From an uncultured Actinomycetota bacterium (GTDB lineage: Bacteria; Actinomycetota; UBA4738): a stretch of 64,000 nt of DNA. This document shows, one piece after another, positions 24,856 through 34,145 of the stretch. The notes beneath the pieces are model-generated. The model was not told the DNA's origin. It saw only the letters and a list, made by a program, of their open reading frames with translations, and did not search any database. Location of the stretch: NCBI GenBank assembly GCA_963781595.1, contig CAWAGG010000006.1, forward strand, positions 387,226 to 451,225, in the 5' to 3' direction. The translations under genes were made by a program, and so were the position numbers. The stretch's first letter is position 1; each line of letters opens with the position of its first letter.

Positions 24856-27282
24856 ATGGCCATGGCCGCGCCCGCAGAGCCCGGAAGGGGCTTCAGCCTG
24901 CTGAAACGGCTGTTCGTCGGGCGCGGCATGACGTCGGGCCGGATGGAGCACACGCTCCTACCGAAGAGCCTCGCGATCCCCGTGCTCTCCGCGGACTGCC
25001 TCTCCTCGGTCGCCTACACCGTGGAGGCGACGCTCCTGGTCCTGGTCGGCGTGTCGCTCGCCGCGCGCCACGTCCTGATGCCGATCACGATCGCGGTCGC
25101 GGTCCTGATGTCCGTCGTGGTCACGTCCTACATGCAGACCGTGCGCGCCTACCGCACGAGCGGCGGCGCGTACGTGGTCGCGAAGGAGAACCTCGGCACG
25201 AACTACGGCCTCGTCGCTGCCGGGTCGCTGATGGTCGGCTACGTGCTCACGGTCGCCGTCTCGATCGTCGCCGGCGTGATCGCGATCACGTCAGCGGTGC
25301 CCGCGCTCCTGCCGTACAAGGTCCCGCTGTCGATCTTCTTCGTCGCGTTCATCACGTTCGCGAACCTACGCGGCGTGCGGGAATCCGGGTACCTGTTCGC
25401 GATCCCCACGTACGGGTTCATCGTCGCGATCTTCGCGATGGTGATCGTCGGCTTGTGGAAATGCGTCGGCGGGTGCCCGACCGCCGTCGTGGCGAACCCG
25501 ATCACGGCCGGCGAACAGGCGGAGCTCAGCCTCCTCGTGATCCTGGAGGCGTTCGCGGTGGGCTCGTCGGCGCTCACCGGCGTCGAGGCGATCTCGAACG
25601 CGGTCACGGTCTTCCGGCGCCCGCAAGGCCGCAACGCCGCGGAGACCTTGCTGATCCTCGGCTCGGTCGCGGTGACGCTGATCCTCGCGATGTCGTTCCT
25701 CGCGACCCGGATGGCGGTCGTACCGAGTCACAGCGCGTCGGTGGTCTCGATCGTCGCGAGGACCGTGTTCCCCGGCCGCGGATCCTCGACGAGCAGTCCG
25801 ATGTTCCTCGTCGTCCAGATCTTCACGTTCGCGATCCTGGTGCTCGCGGCGAACACGTCCTTCCAGGGGTTCCCGCGCCTGGCGGCGCTGATGGCGCGCG
25901 ACGGCTACCTGCCGCGGCAGTTCGAGAACGTCGGGGACCGCCTCGTGTTCTCGAACGGGATGATCGTGCTGGCGATCGCGTCCGCGGTGCTGATCTGGGC
26001 GTTCGACGCGAACGTCGAGCTGCTGATCCCGCTCTACGCGGTCGGCGTGTTCACCGCATTCACGCTGTCGCAGGCCGGCATGGTCCGGCACTGGCAGCGG
26101 CTCGGCCGGCGTGGCGGCGAGGAGGCGAGCGGCTGGCAACGTTCGCTGGTGATCAACGGCGCGGGCGCGGTCGTCACCGCGTCGGTCGTCACGATCATCA
26201 CGCTCACGCGATTCCGGTCCGGCGTCTGGGTCGTGATCGTCGCGATGCCGTTCTTCGTGCTGTTGTTCAAGGGGATACGGGGTCACTACGACTCGGTGGG
26301 CCGGCAGCTGCACGAGGGGTCGGTCGAGGTGGCCGCTCCCCCGGACCGCCATCGGTCCTCGATCGTGATGGGCGGGCGCCCGGTGGCCCTCACCGACCGA
26401 GACGCGACCGCAGGTCGAACCCTCGACGTCCGGCGCAACACCGTGGTCCTGGTCGTCGACGAACTGGACGTCGCGACGGCCCAGGCGATCGGCTACGTCC
26501 GGTCGTTCGCGGGCCGCGACTTCCACGCGGTACACGTGCCGTCGGGACGGGAGGCCGACGAGCAGGCCGCAGGCCTCGCGGCGCATTGGGAGGGATTCAG
26601 CCGGAGCGACCGTCCGATCGAGGTGCTCCGGGGCAAGGGTCCCGATCCGGTCCTCGACTACGTGAGAGCGTTGCCGAGGCCGGACGGCGCGTTCGTGACC
26701 GTCGTGATCCCGGAGCTGTTCGCCGAACCGTCGCTGCTCTCCGCGGTCCGGCGACGGACGTCGTTCGCCCTGAAGCTCCGGTTGCTCGGCGAGCGCCAGG
26801 TCGTCGTGATCGACGTGCCCGTCGTGGACCCCGGCCACGCGTCTCGCGCCTCCGAGCCGTCGACACGCGCGTTGATCCCCCGGAGCTCGGAAGCGCTCGT
26901 GTTCGTCTCCAGCGCGAGCGACGCGTCGATCATGGCGATCAACTACGCGCTCACCCTGCACGCCTACGACACGCGAGCCGTCTACGTGGCCGTCGACGCC
27001 GAGGGCCCGAAGCGGATCCAGGAGGCGTGGGCCGAACGCCGCATCCCGGTGCAGCTGGACATCGTGGAGGCGCCGTTCCGCGACCTCGGCCCCCCGATCC
27101 TGGAGGAGGTCCGGAGCGTGACCTCCCGGCCCGGTGCGATCGCGACGGTCGTGATCCCGGAGTTCGTCGTCCACCGGTGGTGGCAGCACGCGTTGCACAA
27201 CCAGCGGGCGCTGTACATGAAGCGGCTGCTGCTGTTCGAACCGAGGGTCGTCGTCTCGAGCGTTCCGTTCCAGATCCGCTGA
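24856..27282 (+). CDS. KimA-like (APC superfamily) K+ transporter homolog with duplicated C-terminal cytoplasmic module
   Basis: ATG 24856 lies within ORF 24010..27282. Motifs matching my memory of B. subtilis KimA and Mtb Rv2690c: 'LSADCLSSVAYTVE', 'SGGAYVVAKENLG', 'YVLTVAVSIVAG', 'GSSALTGVEAISNAV', 'LVLAANTSFQGFPRLAALMARDGYLPRQF', 'GDRLVFSNGM', 'LIPLYAVGVFTAFTLSQAGM'. The C-terminus contains two similar modules that end '...VVIPELFAEPSLLSAVRRRTSFALKLRLL' and '...VVIPEFVVHRWWQHALHNQRALYMKRLLLF'. Confidence 0.8.
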   Translation: MAMAAPAEPGRGFSLLKRLFVGRGMTSGRMEHTLLPKSLAIPVLSADCLSSVAYTVEATLLVLVGVSLAARHVLMPITIAVAVLMSVVVTSYMQTVRAYRTSGGAYVVAKENLGTNYGLVAAGSLMVGYVLTVAVSIVAGVIAITSAVPALLPYKVPLSIFFVAFITFANLRGVRESGYLFAIPTYGFIVAIFAMVIVGLWKCVGGCPTAVVANPITAGEQAELSLLVILEAFAVGSSALTGVEAISNAVTVFRRPQGRNAAETLLILGSVAVTLILAMSFLATRMAVVPSHSASVVSIVARTVFPGRGSSTSSPMFLVVQIFTFAILVLAANTSFQGFPRLAALMARDGYLPRQFENVGDRLVFSNGMIVLAIASAVLIWAFDANVELLIPLYAVGVFTAFTLSQAGMVRHWQRLGRRGGEEASGWQRSLVINGAGAVVTASVVTIITLTRFRSGVWVVIVAMPFFVLLFKGIRGHYDSVGRQLHEGSVEVAAPPDRHRSSIVMGGRPVALTDRDATAGRTLDVRRNTVVLVVDELDVATAQAIGYVRSFAGRDFHAVHVPSGREADEQAAGLAAHWEGFSRSDRPIEVLRGKGPDPVLDYVRALPRPDGAFVTVVIPELFAEPSLLSAVRRRTSFALKLRLLGERQVVVIDVPVVDPGHASRASEPSTRALIPRSSEALVFVSSASDASIMAINYALTLHAYDTRAVYVAVDAEGPKRIQEAWAERRIPVQLDIVEAPFRDLGPPILEEVRSVTSRPGAIATVVIPEFVVHRWWQHALHNQRALYMKRLLLFEPRVVVSSVPFQIR

Positions 27283-27289
27283 GGCAAGG

Positions 27290-29644
27290 ATGACCCGGAT
27301 GGCGGTCGCCGAGCGCAGGCAGCGAGACGAGGGCGCCACTCCCGGCTTGCTCAAGCGGATCTTCGTCGGCCGGAGCATGGCCAGCGGCCGGATGGAGCAC
27401 ACGCTCCTGCCGAAGATCCTGGCGCTGCCGATCTTCGCCTCCGACGCGCTCTCGTCGGTCGCGTACTCGGTCGAGGCGAGCCTGATCATCCTGCTCAGCG
27501 CCTCGGCGAACGTCCGCGGCCTGATCATCCCGATCAACCTCGCCGTCGCCCTGGTGATGGCCGTCGTGATCACGTCGTACAAGCAGGTCGTTCGCGCATA
27601 CCCCACGTCCGCGGGCTCGTACGTCGTGAGCAAGGAGAACCTCGCCACGATCTTCGGACTGATCGCGGGCGCGGCGCTGATGACCGACTACGTGCTCACG
27701 GTCGCGGTCTCGGTCTCGGCCGGGATGCTCGCCGTCGTGTCCGCGGCGCCGGGTCTGCACCCGTACCTGGTGGAGATGTCGATCGTGTGCGTCGGGCTGC
27801 TGACGCTGGTGAACCTCCGCGGCGTCCGCGAGTCCGGCCTGCTGTTCGCGATCCCGACGTACGGGTTCGTCGTGTCGATGTTCGCCCTGATCGTCGTCGG
27901 CGTGGTCAAGTGCTTCACGAACTGCCCGCAGGCCGCGGCCCCCCCGGACCCGATGGTCATGGGGACGGCCGCGACGGCCTCGCTGTTCGTGATCCTGCAT
28001 TCGTTCTCGTCCGGCTCGTCGGCGCTGACGGGGACCGAGGCGATCTCGAACGGGGTCAGCGCGTTCCGCCGTCCTCAGGGACGCAACGCGTCCCAGACGC
28101 TCTCGCTGCTCGGGGTGATCGCGGTCCTGATGATCATGGGGACCGCGTACCTGGCGGCGCGGACGAACCCGACCCCCAGCGCGAGCGGCCGGATCTCCGT
28201 CGTCGCGGAGATGGCGAAGACGATCTTCCCGGGATCGTCGGGCTCCGGTGGCCCGATGTTCTACGTGATCCAGTTCTTCACGCTGCTGATCCTTGTGCTG
28301 GCGGCGAACACGTCGTTCCAGGGGTTCCCGCGCCTGTCCGCGCTGCTGGCGCGCGACCGCTGGATCCCTCGGCAGTTCGAGAACCTCGGCGACCGGCTCG
28401 TGTACTCGAACGGGATGTTCGTGCTGGCGGGTCTGGCGGTGATCCTGATCGTCATCTACGACGCGAACGTCGACAAGCTGCTGCAGCTCTACGTGGTCGG
28501 GGTGTTCACCGCGTTCACGCTGTCCCAGGCGGGGATGGTGCGGTACTGGCTCCGCGTGGCGAAGGAGGGCGGCCCGAAGGCCGAGGGTTGGCGCTGGCGG
28601 ATGACGATCAATGCGATAGGGGCGATCGCGACCGGCCTCGTGCTGGTGATCGTCGTGCTCACGAAGTTCACCGAGGGCGCGTGGATCGTGATCGCGGCGA
28701 TCCCCGCGCTGATCCTGCTGTTCTATGCGGTCCACAAGCACTACGCGGCGGTCCGCGAACAGCTGCGGCTCCACGCGGTTCCGGAGCGATCGGCGCCGCC
28801 ACGCAACCACGTCGTCGTCGTGGTGGAGCAGATCGACCAGGCGCTCGCGGAGGCGATCGGCTACGTCCGATCCTTCGCCGGTGAGGAGTTCCACGCGGTG
28901 CACGTCCGCTCGCCGGACGATCCGCCCGACCTCCTCGACCGGTGGGCCTCGTTCTCGCGGGCGGGCGTCGGCCTCGAGGTGCTCGACCGCAACGGCGATG
29001 CCGTTCGAGCGATCATCGGCTACGTGCACGCGATGCCGCGCGAGCCGCGGGACTTCGTCACGGTCGTCGTGCCCGAACAGCTGACGAAGCGCTCGGTCCT
29101 CGCGGCCGTCCGGCGCCCGCAGAGCTTCCGGCTGAAGCTTCGGCTGCTGTCGGAGCCCCAGGTGGCGGTCACGGACGTCCCGGTCCTGGTCGAACGTCCC
29201 GATGGCGATGGCTCGTCGGAGCCGATCCACCCGAAGATCCCGCGACGAACGGAGGCGCTGGTGTTCGTCTCTTCGGTGAACGACGCGTCGCAGCGCGCGA
29301 TCGAGTACGCGCGGTCTTTGCGGGCGACGGAGGCTCGCGCGGTGTTCTTCGCGATGGATCCTGAGGAGGCCACCGACATCCAGCGCGAGTGGGAGGAGTT
29401 CCGCATCTCGGTGCCCCTCGACATCGTGGAGGCGCCCTTCCGGGAGATGGACGTCCCGATGCTGGACGAACTGCACCGCATCACGAGGCACCCGGACTCC
29501 CTGGCGATCGTCGTCGTGCCGGAGTTCCGGGTCCGCAAGTGGCGGCACCTGCTGTTGCACAACCAGCGCGCGTTGTTCATCAAGCGGCTGCTGCTGTTCG
29601 AGCCGCGCGTGATCCTGACCAGCGTGCCGTACCAGCTCGACTGA
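27290..29644 (+). CDS. KimA-like (APC superfamily) K+ transporter homolog, tandem paralog
   Basis: It starts 7 nt after the previous stop and has an AAGGA RBS. It is collinear with the upstream paralog ('ASDALSSVAYSVEASL', 'SAGSYVVSKENLA', 'FSSGSSALTGTEAISNGV', 'LVLAANTSFQGFPRLSALLARDRWIPRQF'). It has the same doubled C-terminal module ('VVVPEQLTKRSVLAAVRRPQSFRLKLRLL', 'VVVPEFRVRKWRHLLLHNQRALFIKRLLLF'). Confidence 0.8.
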   Translation: MTRMAVAERRQRDEGATPGLLKRIFVGRSMASGRMEHTLLPKILALPIFASDALSSVAYSVEASLIILLSASANVRGLIIPINLAVALVMAVVITSYKQVVRAYPTSAGSYVVSKENLATIFGLIAGAALMTDYVLTVAVSVSAGMLAVVSAAPGLHPYLVEMSIVCVGLLTLVNLRGVRESGLLFAIPTYGFVVSMFALIVVGVVKCFTNCPQAAAPPDPMVMGTAATASLFVILHSFSSGSSALTGTEAISNGVSAFRRPQGRNASQTLSLLGVIAVLMIMGTAYLAARTNPTPSASGRISVVAEMAKTIFPGSSGSGGPMFYVIQFFTLLILVLAANTSFQGFPRLSALLARDRWIPRQFENLGDRLVYSNGMFVLAGLAVILIVIYDANVDKLLQLYVVGVFTAFTLSQAGMVRYWLRVAKEGGPKAEGWRWRMTINAIGAIATGLVLVIVVLTKFTEGAWIVIAAIPALILLFYAVHKHYAAVREQLRLHAVPERSAPPRNHVVVVVEQIDQALAEAIGYVRSFAGEEFHAVHVRSPDDPPDLLDRWASFSRAGVGLEVLDRNGDAVRAIIGYVHAMPREPRDFVTVVVPEQLTKRSVLAAVRRPQSFRLKLRLLSEPQVAVTDVPVLVERPDGDGSSEPIHPKIPRRTEALVFVSSVNDASQRAIEYARSLRATEARAVFFAMDPEEATDIQREWEEFRISVPLDIVEAPFREMDVPMLDELHRITRHPDSLAIVVVPEFRVRKWRHLLLHNQRALFIKRLLLFEPRVILTSVPYQLD

Positions 29645-29673
29645 TCGGCTCGAAACGGAAGGGGGTCCCGGCC

Positions 29674-30219
29674 GTGGACATCACGGAAGCCCGCGCGTTC
29701 GCGCAGACGAAGGTGGACAAGGAGATCACCTACCGGCACCTCGTGAGCGTCGAGGGCGTCATGCGCCGCCTGGCTCGGCACTTCGACGAGGACGAAGCCC
29801 GCTGGGCGCTCGTCGGGCTGTTCCACGATCTCGACCAGGATCAGACGGGCGAGGACCTCTCGCGTCACGCGTACCTGGCGGCGGAGTGGCTCCGGGACGC
29901 CGGCGTCGAGGAGGACGTGGTGAACGCCGTGCTTGCCCACGCCCATCCCCAGTACCAGCGCGACCGGATGACCAGGGCGATCGTCGCCGCGGATGCGCTG
30001 GCGGGGCTGCTGGTCGCCTCGGCGCTGGTCCGCCCGGAGCGTTCCAGCGGCATGAAGGTCTCGAGCGTGAGGAAGAAGCTGAAGGAGCGCGCGTTCGCCC
30101 CGGGCGTGAACCGCGACGAGATCGGGCTCGCGGAGCCGAACCTCGGCCTCACGCAGGACGAGTTCATCGCCCTCGGGATCGAGGGGCTGCAAGAGGTCGC
30201 GTCGGAGATCGACCTCTAG
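29674..30219 (+). CDS. HD-domain metal-dependent phosphohydrolase (small, stand-alone)
   Basis: GTG 29674 follows GGAAGGGGG. The H...HD pattern is present ('YRHLVSVEGVMRRLA...LVGLFHDLD', later 'AVLAHAHP'). The product is 181 aa. The gene starts 29 nt after the second KimA-like gene. Confidence 0.72.
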   Translation: MDITEARAFAQTKVDKEITYRHLVSVEGVMRRLARHFDEDEARWALVGLFHDLDQDQTGEDLSRHAYLAAEWLRDAGVEEDVVNAVLAHAHPQYQRDRMTRAIVAADALAGLLVASALVRPERSSGMKVSSVRKKLKERAFAPGVNRDEIGLAEPNLGLTQDEFIALGIEGLQEVASEIDL

Positions 30220-30346
30220 CGTCGTCTCGAACCGGCGGTCCCTCTCGGCTGCACTACAGCCACGCCCGCCCGCGGCCGACACCTCCTTGGAGACAGCATC
30301 GAACGGCGCCCGGCCGCGGCCGGGCGCTGCCGAGGAGGAACGGCGG

Positions 30347-31762
30347 ATGGACGAGCAGGACGCCTCGTCGCAGGGCGGGCGGGACGGGATCGGGTTCGAA
30401 CCTCCCCAACCGGAGGGGCAGCAGGGGGCCGTCGCGCCCTCGCGCGCGCCGGAGGCTCAGCCACCCGCGCCGGCGACCCAGGCCGCCGTCCCCGACCGGG
30501 CACAGCTCGACGCCCCTGCCCAGCCTGTCGCTGCTGCCCAGCCTGTCGCTGCTGCCCAGCCTGTCGACCAGGTCCAGCCTCCAGCCCAGGTCCAGCCGGC
30601 GCAGGGAGCCCAGCCACAGCAGGCCGGGGCCCAGTCGCCCTCTCCGCCGATGCCCGCAGCGGCTTCCGGGTCCGCCGGCCCGGCAGCCCCCACCGAGCCC
30701 GCCAGCCCGGCAGCGCCCACCGAGCCCGACGGCGTCGAGGAGCCGATCGAGGACTGGGATCCGGCCGACCGGTACTTCCCCTCGGCCTCGGATCCCGGGA
30801 CCCCACCGCCGCCCCCAACCGACAGCTTCGCGTACGGCTCCGGGGACGACGGATCGGGCGTGCACGGCATGGCCCGCAAGCTCCTCGTGGTCGGAATCGT
30901 GATGTTGCTCGTGGCCGGGACCCTCGTGTTCTGGTTCGCGCGCAGCGGCGGTGGCGGCGTCGCCCTCGCGGTCGACATGCACCGCGGGCAGTCGACGGCC
31001 TACCTCATGAACATGACGATGGAGGCGACGATCTCCGTCGAGGGCCAGACCCAGTCGTTCTCGGGATCGGTCAACGCGAGGGTCGGCTGGAAGGTCGTGT
31101 CCGTGGACGCCGACGGCGTCGCGACCGTTCGGCTGACGGTCTCGAAGGTCTCGGGCGACGTCGACGGCAAGTCGGTGAAGGAGAAGAGGCCGATCAGCGT
31201 CGAGGTGAAGATCTCGCGGGACGGACGGATCCTTTCGGGAACCGACCTGACCGCGCTGACGGGCCAGGCGCAGAGCCTCCCGGGCGGGTCGCAGTTCATG
31301 CCGGTCCTGCCGGATCACCCCGTGAACCCCGGCGACACGTGGTCGGAGGCCTACGAGCAGGCGAACCCGTTCGGCACCGGTTCGATCGGCATCTCGGCCA
31401 CCGGCACGCTGGTGAACTTCGAGACGGACGGCGGGCACCGTGTCGCCGTCGTCCAGACCAAGGAGCGGGTGCCGCTGAACCTGACGGTCGATCTGGCGGA
31501 CGTCGCGAAGCAGTTCCGCATCCCCGGGGTTCCCTCCGGCGTGAAGATCACGTACGCGGGCTCGATCGACGTGACCGGGTACTCGTGGGTCGACACGGTC
31601 TCGAAGGAGATGCTGAAGTCGACGACCGACGCCCGGTTCCACATCGACATGACCTTCGAGGGAGCCGGCTCCGACATCCCCGACGGCTCCACCGTGACGT
31701 TCGATGGCTCGATGGGTCTGGCCATGACCCAAGCGCACGCTCCGACCGGTCTATCGGTCTAG
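30347..31762 (+). CDS. single-pass membrane protein with Pro/Ala/Gln-rich repetitive N-terminus and beta-rich external domain, function unknown
   Basis: ATG 30347 follows GAGGAGGA. There is a low-complexity segment of about 190 aa, then the TM 'LLVVGIVMLLVAGTLVFWF', then about 260 aa of non-repetitive sequence. Its stop overlaps the convergent P450 stop (CTAG at 31759-31762). Confidence 0.6.
   Translation: MDEQDASSQGGRDGIGFEPPQPEGQQGAVAPSRAPEAQPPAPATQAAVPDRAQLDAPAQPVAAAQPVAAAQPVDQVQPPAQVQPAQGAQPQQAGAQSPSPPMPAAASGSAGPAAPTEPASPAAPTEPDGVEEPIEDWDPADRYFPSASDPGTPPPPPTDSFAYGSGDDGSGVHGMARKLLVVGIVMLLVAGTLVFWFARSGGGGVALAVDMHRGQSTAYLMNMTMEATISVEGQTQSFSGSVNARVGWKVVSVDADGVATVRLTVSKVSGDVDGKSVKEKRPISVEVKISRDGRILSGTDLTALTGQAQSLPGGSQFMPVLPDHPVNPGDTWSEAYEQANPFGTGSIGISATGTLVNFETDGGHRVAVVQTKERVPLNLTVDLADVAKQFRIPGVPSGVKITYAGSIDVTGYSWVDTVSKEMLKSTTDARFHIDMTFEGAGSDIPDGSTVTFDGSMGLAMTQAHAPTGLSV
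30521..30604 (+). repeat. In-frame 18-bp tandem repeats (QPVAAA / QVQPPA units) inside the CDS
   Basis: cagcctgtcgctgctgcc occurs twice (30521, 30539), followed by the truncated copy cagcctgtcgac. The related units caggtccagcctccagcc and caggtccagccggcgcag follow. A separate 27-bp duplication (PAAPTEPAS / PAAPTEPDG) lies at 30678-30731. Confidence 0.75.
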
Positions 31763-33231
31763 CGGCGCCCCGCGGAGCCCTCCAGCGCGCTCGCGTCCGA
31801 CGAACGGCTCGTCGAGCGCTGGACGCGGCGTTCGACCCGCGCGGGCATCCCACCGCTGGGGCGGAGCGTGACCATCGGCTGCAGTTCCACGCGATGGCTC
31901 GCGGGCACCCGCACGCGCCAGCGCTGCGCGATCGTCGCGAGGAGCAGTTCCGCCTCCATCCAGGCGAACCCCTCGCCGATGCACAGGCGCGAGCCGCCGC
32001 CGAACGGGAACCACGAGTACCGGGGCCGCTCGGCCGACCTCCCAGGAGCCCATCGCTCGGGGTCGAACCGGAACGGTTCCGGGAACCATCGAGGATCGTG
32101 CTGGACGACGTAGGGGCTCATCAGGATCGTCGAGCCGGCCGGGATCCGGTAGCCCTTGATCCAGACGTCCTCGAGGGCGAGGCGTCCGAGCACGTACGCG
32201 GGCGGGTACATCCGCATCGCCTCGCTCAGGACCTGCCGGGTATAGGAAAGGTTCGGGATGTCCGTGACGGCCGGGAGCCGGCCGGCCAGGGCCCCGTCCA
32301 GCTCGGCCTGCAGACGCGCGTCGGTCCGCGGCGAGCGCGAGACCAGGAACCACGTCCAGGTCATCAGCTGCGCCGTGGTCTCGTGGCCCGCGAGGAACAA
32401 CGTCATCGCCTCGTCCCGGACCTGCCGGTCGGTCATCGCGTCGCCGGAGTCCTCGTCCTGCGCCCGGATCAGCATCGAGAGCAGGTCCGAGCCGTTCGCT
32501 CCGGCCGCGCGCCGCTCGCGGATCATCCGTTCGATCACGGCGTCGAGGCGCGCCTGCGCCCGACGGGACCGCGCCGTGCTGGGCAGCGGCAGCCGGTCGA
32601 GCATGGCGCCGAACGGGCTGGACACGCGCTGGAACATCCCGAGCACCTCCGCGAGCGCCTCGCCGACGTCCGCAGCGTCGCCCTCGAGGTCGGCGTCGAA
32701 CAGCGTCCGGCCGACGATCGTGAGCGTGAGCCGCGTCATCTCGGCGTGCACGTTCAGCACCTCGCCGTCCCGCCAGCGATCCGTGAGGCGGGCGGCCTCC
32801 TCGACCATCGCGCCTCCGTACGCGTCGATGCGCTCGTGATGGAAGATCGGCTGGATCAGCCGGCGCTGGTGCCGGTGGAACGAGCCCTCGCTCGTCAGGA
32901 GGCCCTCACCCAGGACGCGCTTCGCCTCCTGGAGACCCCGGCCCTTCATGAACGCGCGACCGTTCGTGACGAGGACCTCGCGGATGTCCTCGGGATCGCT
33001 CGCCAGGTAGACGTCGAACGGCCCGAAGCGCACGTAGACGAGGTCGCCGTGATCCCGCGCCAGTCCGAGCAGGCTGCCCAGGGGGTCCCTGCGGAAGGCC
33101 GCGACCCCAGCCCCCGGGAGCGTTCGACCCGGCCCGGGCGGTCGCCGGACGTCGTCGCGCCCCGCGGCGCGAGCGCGCGCGAGCCGCCGGCGCAGCGGCA
33201 TCTGAAGTCCCACCTCGGCCGGAGGACGCAT
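31759..33231 (-). CDS. cytochrome P450
   Basis: The heme loop 'FGGGSRLCIGEGFA', I-helix 'FLAGHETTA' and ExxR 'EAMRMYPP' are present. The start is ATG 33231 (MRPPAEV), with ATG 33201 as an alternative. The longer ORF start would overlap dedA. Confidence 0.9.
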   Translation of the reverse strand: MRPPAEVGLQMPLRRRLARARAAGRDDVRRPPGPGRTLPGAGVAAFRRDPLGSLLGLARDHGDLVYVRFGPFDVYLASDPEDIREVLVTNGRAFMKGRGLQEAKRVLGEGLLTSEGSFHRHQRRLIQPIFHHERIDAYGGAMVEEAARLTDRWRDGEVLNVHAEMTRLTLTIVGRTLFDADLEGDAADVGEALAEVLGMFQRVSSPFGAMLDRLPLPSTARSRRAQARLDAVIERMIRERRAAGANGSDLLSMLIRAQDEDSGDAMTDRQVRDEAMTLFLAGHETTAQLMTWTWFLVSRSPRTDARLQAELDGALAGRLPAVTDIPNLSYTRQVLSEAMRMYPPAYVLGRLALEDVWIKGYRIPAGSTILMSPYVVQHDPRWFPEPFRFDPERWAPGRSAERPRYSWFPFGGGSRLCIGEGFAWMEAELLLATIAQRWRVRVPASHRVELQPMVTLRPSGGMPARVERRVQRSTSRSSDASALEGSAGRR

Positions 33232-33289
33232 CGTCGTTCGGTAGTGTCCCACCCGGTCCAGCGTTCCCGGCCACGCCGGGCTCTCTGGG

Positions 33290-33931
33290 CTACGCCGGCG
33301 CGTCCGACCCCGACATCCTCGCTCGGCTGCGCCGCCGCGCGAACCACCACCACACCGCCGCAACCACCAGGATCACGCCGACCGCGTAGGCGATCTCGCG
33401 CAGGTACCGGACGACCTCGTCGCCGAAGAAGTACCCGAGCAGGGCCGCGGCGACGGTGAACGGGAGCGAGCCCAAGACGACGAACAGGCTGAAGCGGCCG
33501 ATCGGCATCTCCGCCACCCCGGCCGGAAAGCTGATGTAGGATCGCGCGATCGGCAGCAGCTTCGAGACGAACACGGCACGCTCTCCGTAGCGGGCGAACC
33601 AGCGTTCGGCGCGTTCGACCTCGTGCTCGCGACGGAAGATCTTCACGCCCCATCTGCGCACCAGCGGTCGCCCGCCGATCCGTCCGATCGCGTACGCGAT
33701 CCACGAGCCGACGAGGTCACCGGCGACGCCCGCGGCGATGACCCAGAACAGCTTCAGCGGTTCGGAGCCGTCTCCGAGCGTCGCGGCGACGAAGGTCGCG
33801 CTCGCGGCCGCGCCGCCCAGCGCCATCGTCGCTTCGCTGGGGATCGGGATGCCGGACGCCTGGAGCATCATCAGCACGAACACGGCGAGGTAGCCGAAGT
33901 CGACGAGCGTGCGAACGATGAAGTGCTCCAT
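33290..33931 (-). CDS. DedA-family membrane protein
   Basis: ATG 33931 (MEHFIVRTLVDFGYLAVFVLMMLQASGIPIPSEATMALGG...). 'FVSKLLPIARSYISFPAGVAEM' is typical of the DedA/SNARE-associated family. Confidence 0.85.
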   Translation of the reverse strand: MEHFIVRTLVDFGYLAVFVLMMLQASGIPIPSEATMALGGAAASATFVAATLGDGSEPLKLFWVIAAGVAGDLVGSWIAYAIGRIGGRPLVRRWGVKIFRREHEVERAERWFARYGERAVFVSKLLPIARSYISFPAGVAEMPIGRFSLFVVLGSLPFTVAAALLGYFFGDEVVRYLREIAYAVGVILVVAAVWWWFARRRSRARMSGSDAPA

Positions 33932-34076
33932 GGCGGGGAGCGAGCGTACCGGGGATCCGTGGGGACGGCCCCTCGGGAAGATTTCGGATGTTGTGACATG
34001 TTGTGCACGCCGAAGGAGGGTCGCGAGCGACCGCTCGCCGGGGGTCCGGTCGTCAGGGTGCCGTATGGTGGGGTCC

Positions 34077-34106
34077 TTGACATCCCCCCGAAGTGTCCTG
34101 TAGTAA
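34077..34106 (+). promoter_or_regulatory. sigma-70-like promoter candidate for topA (TTGACA-N18-TAGTAA)
   Basis: ttgaca at 34077-34082, an 18-nt spacer, then tagtaa at 34101-34106. The element lies about 40 nt upstream of ATG 34146. This rests on sequence pattern only. Confidence 0.35.
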
Positions 34107-34145
34107 GCCGGACCTCCCCCCGATAACGAACCGATGGAAGGACGC

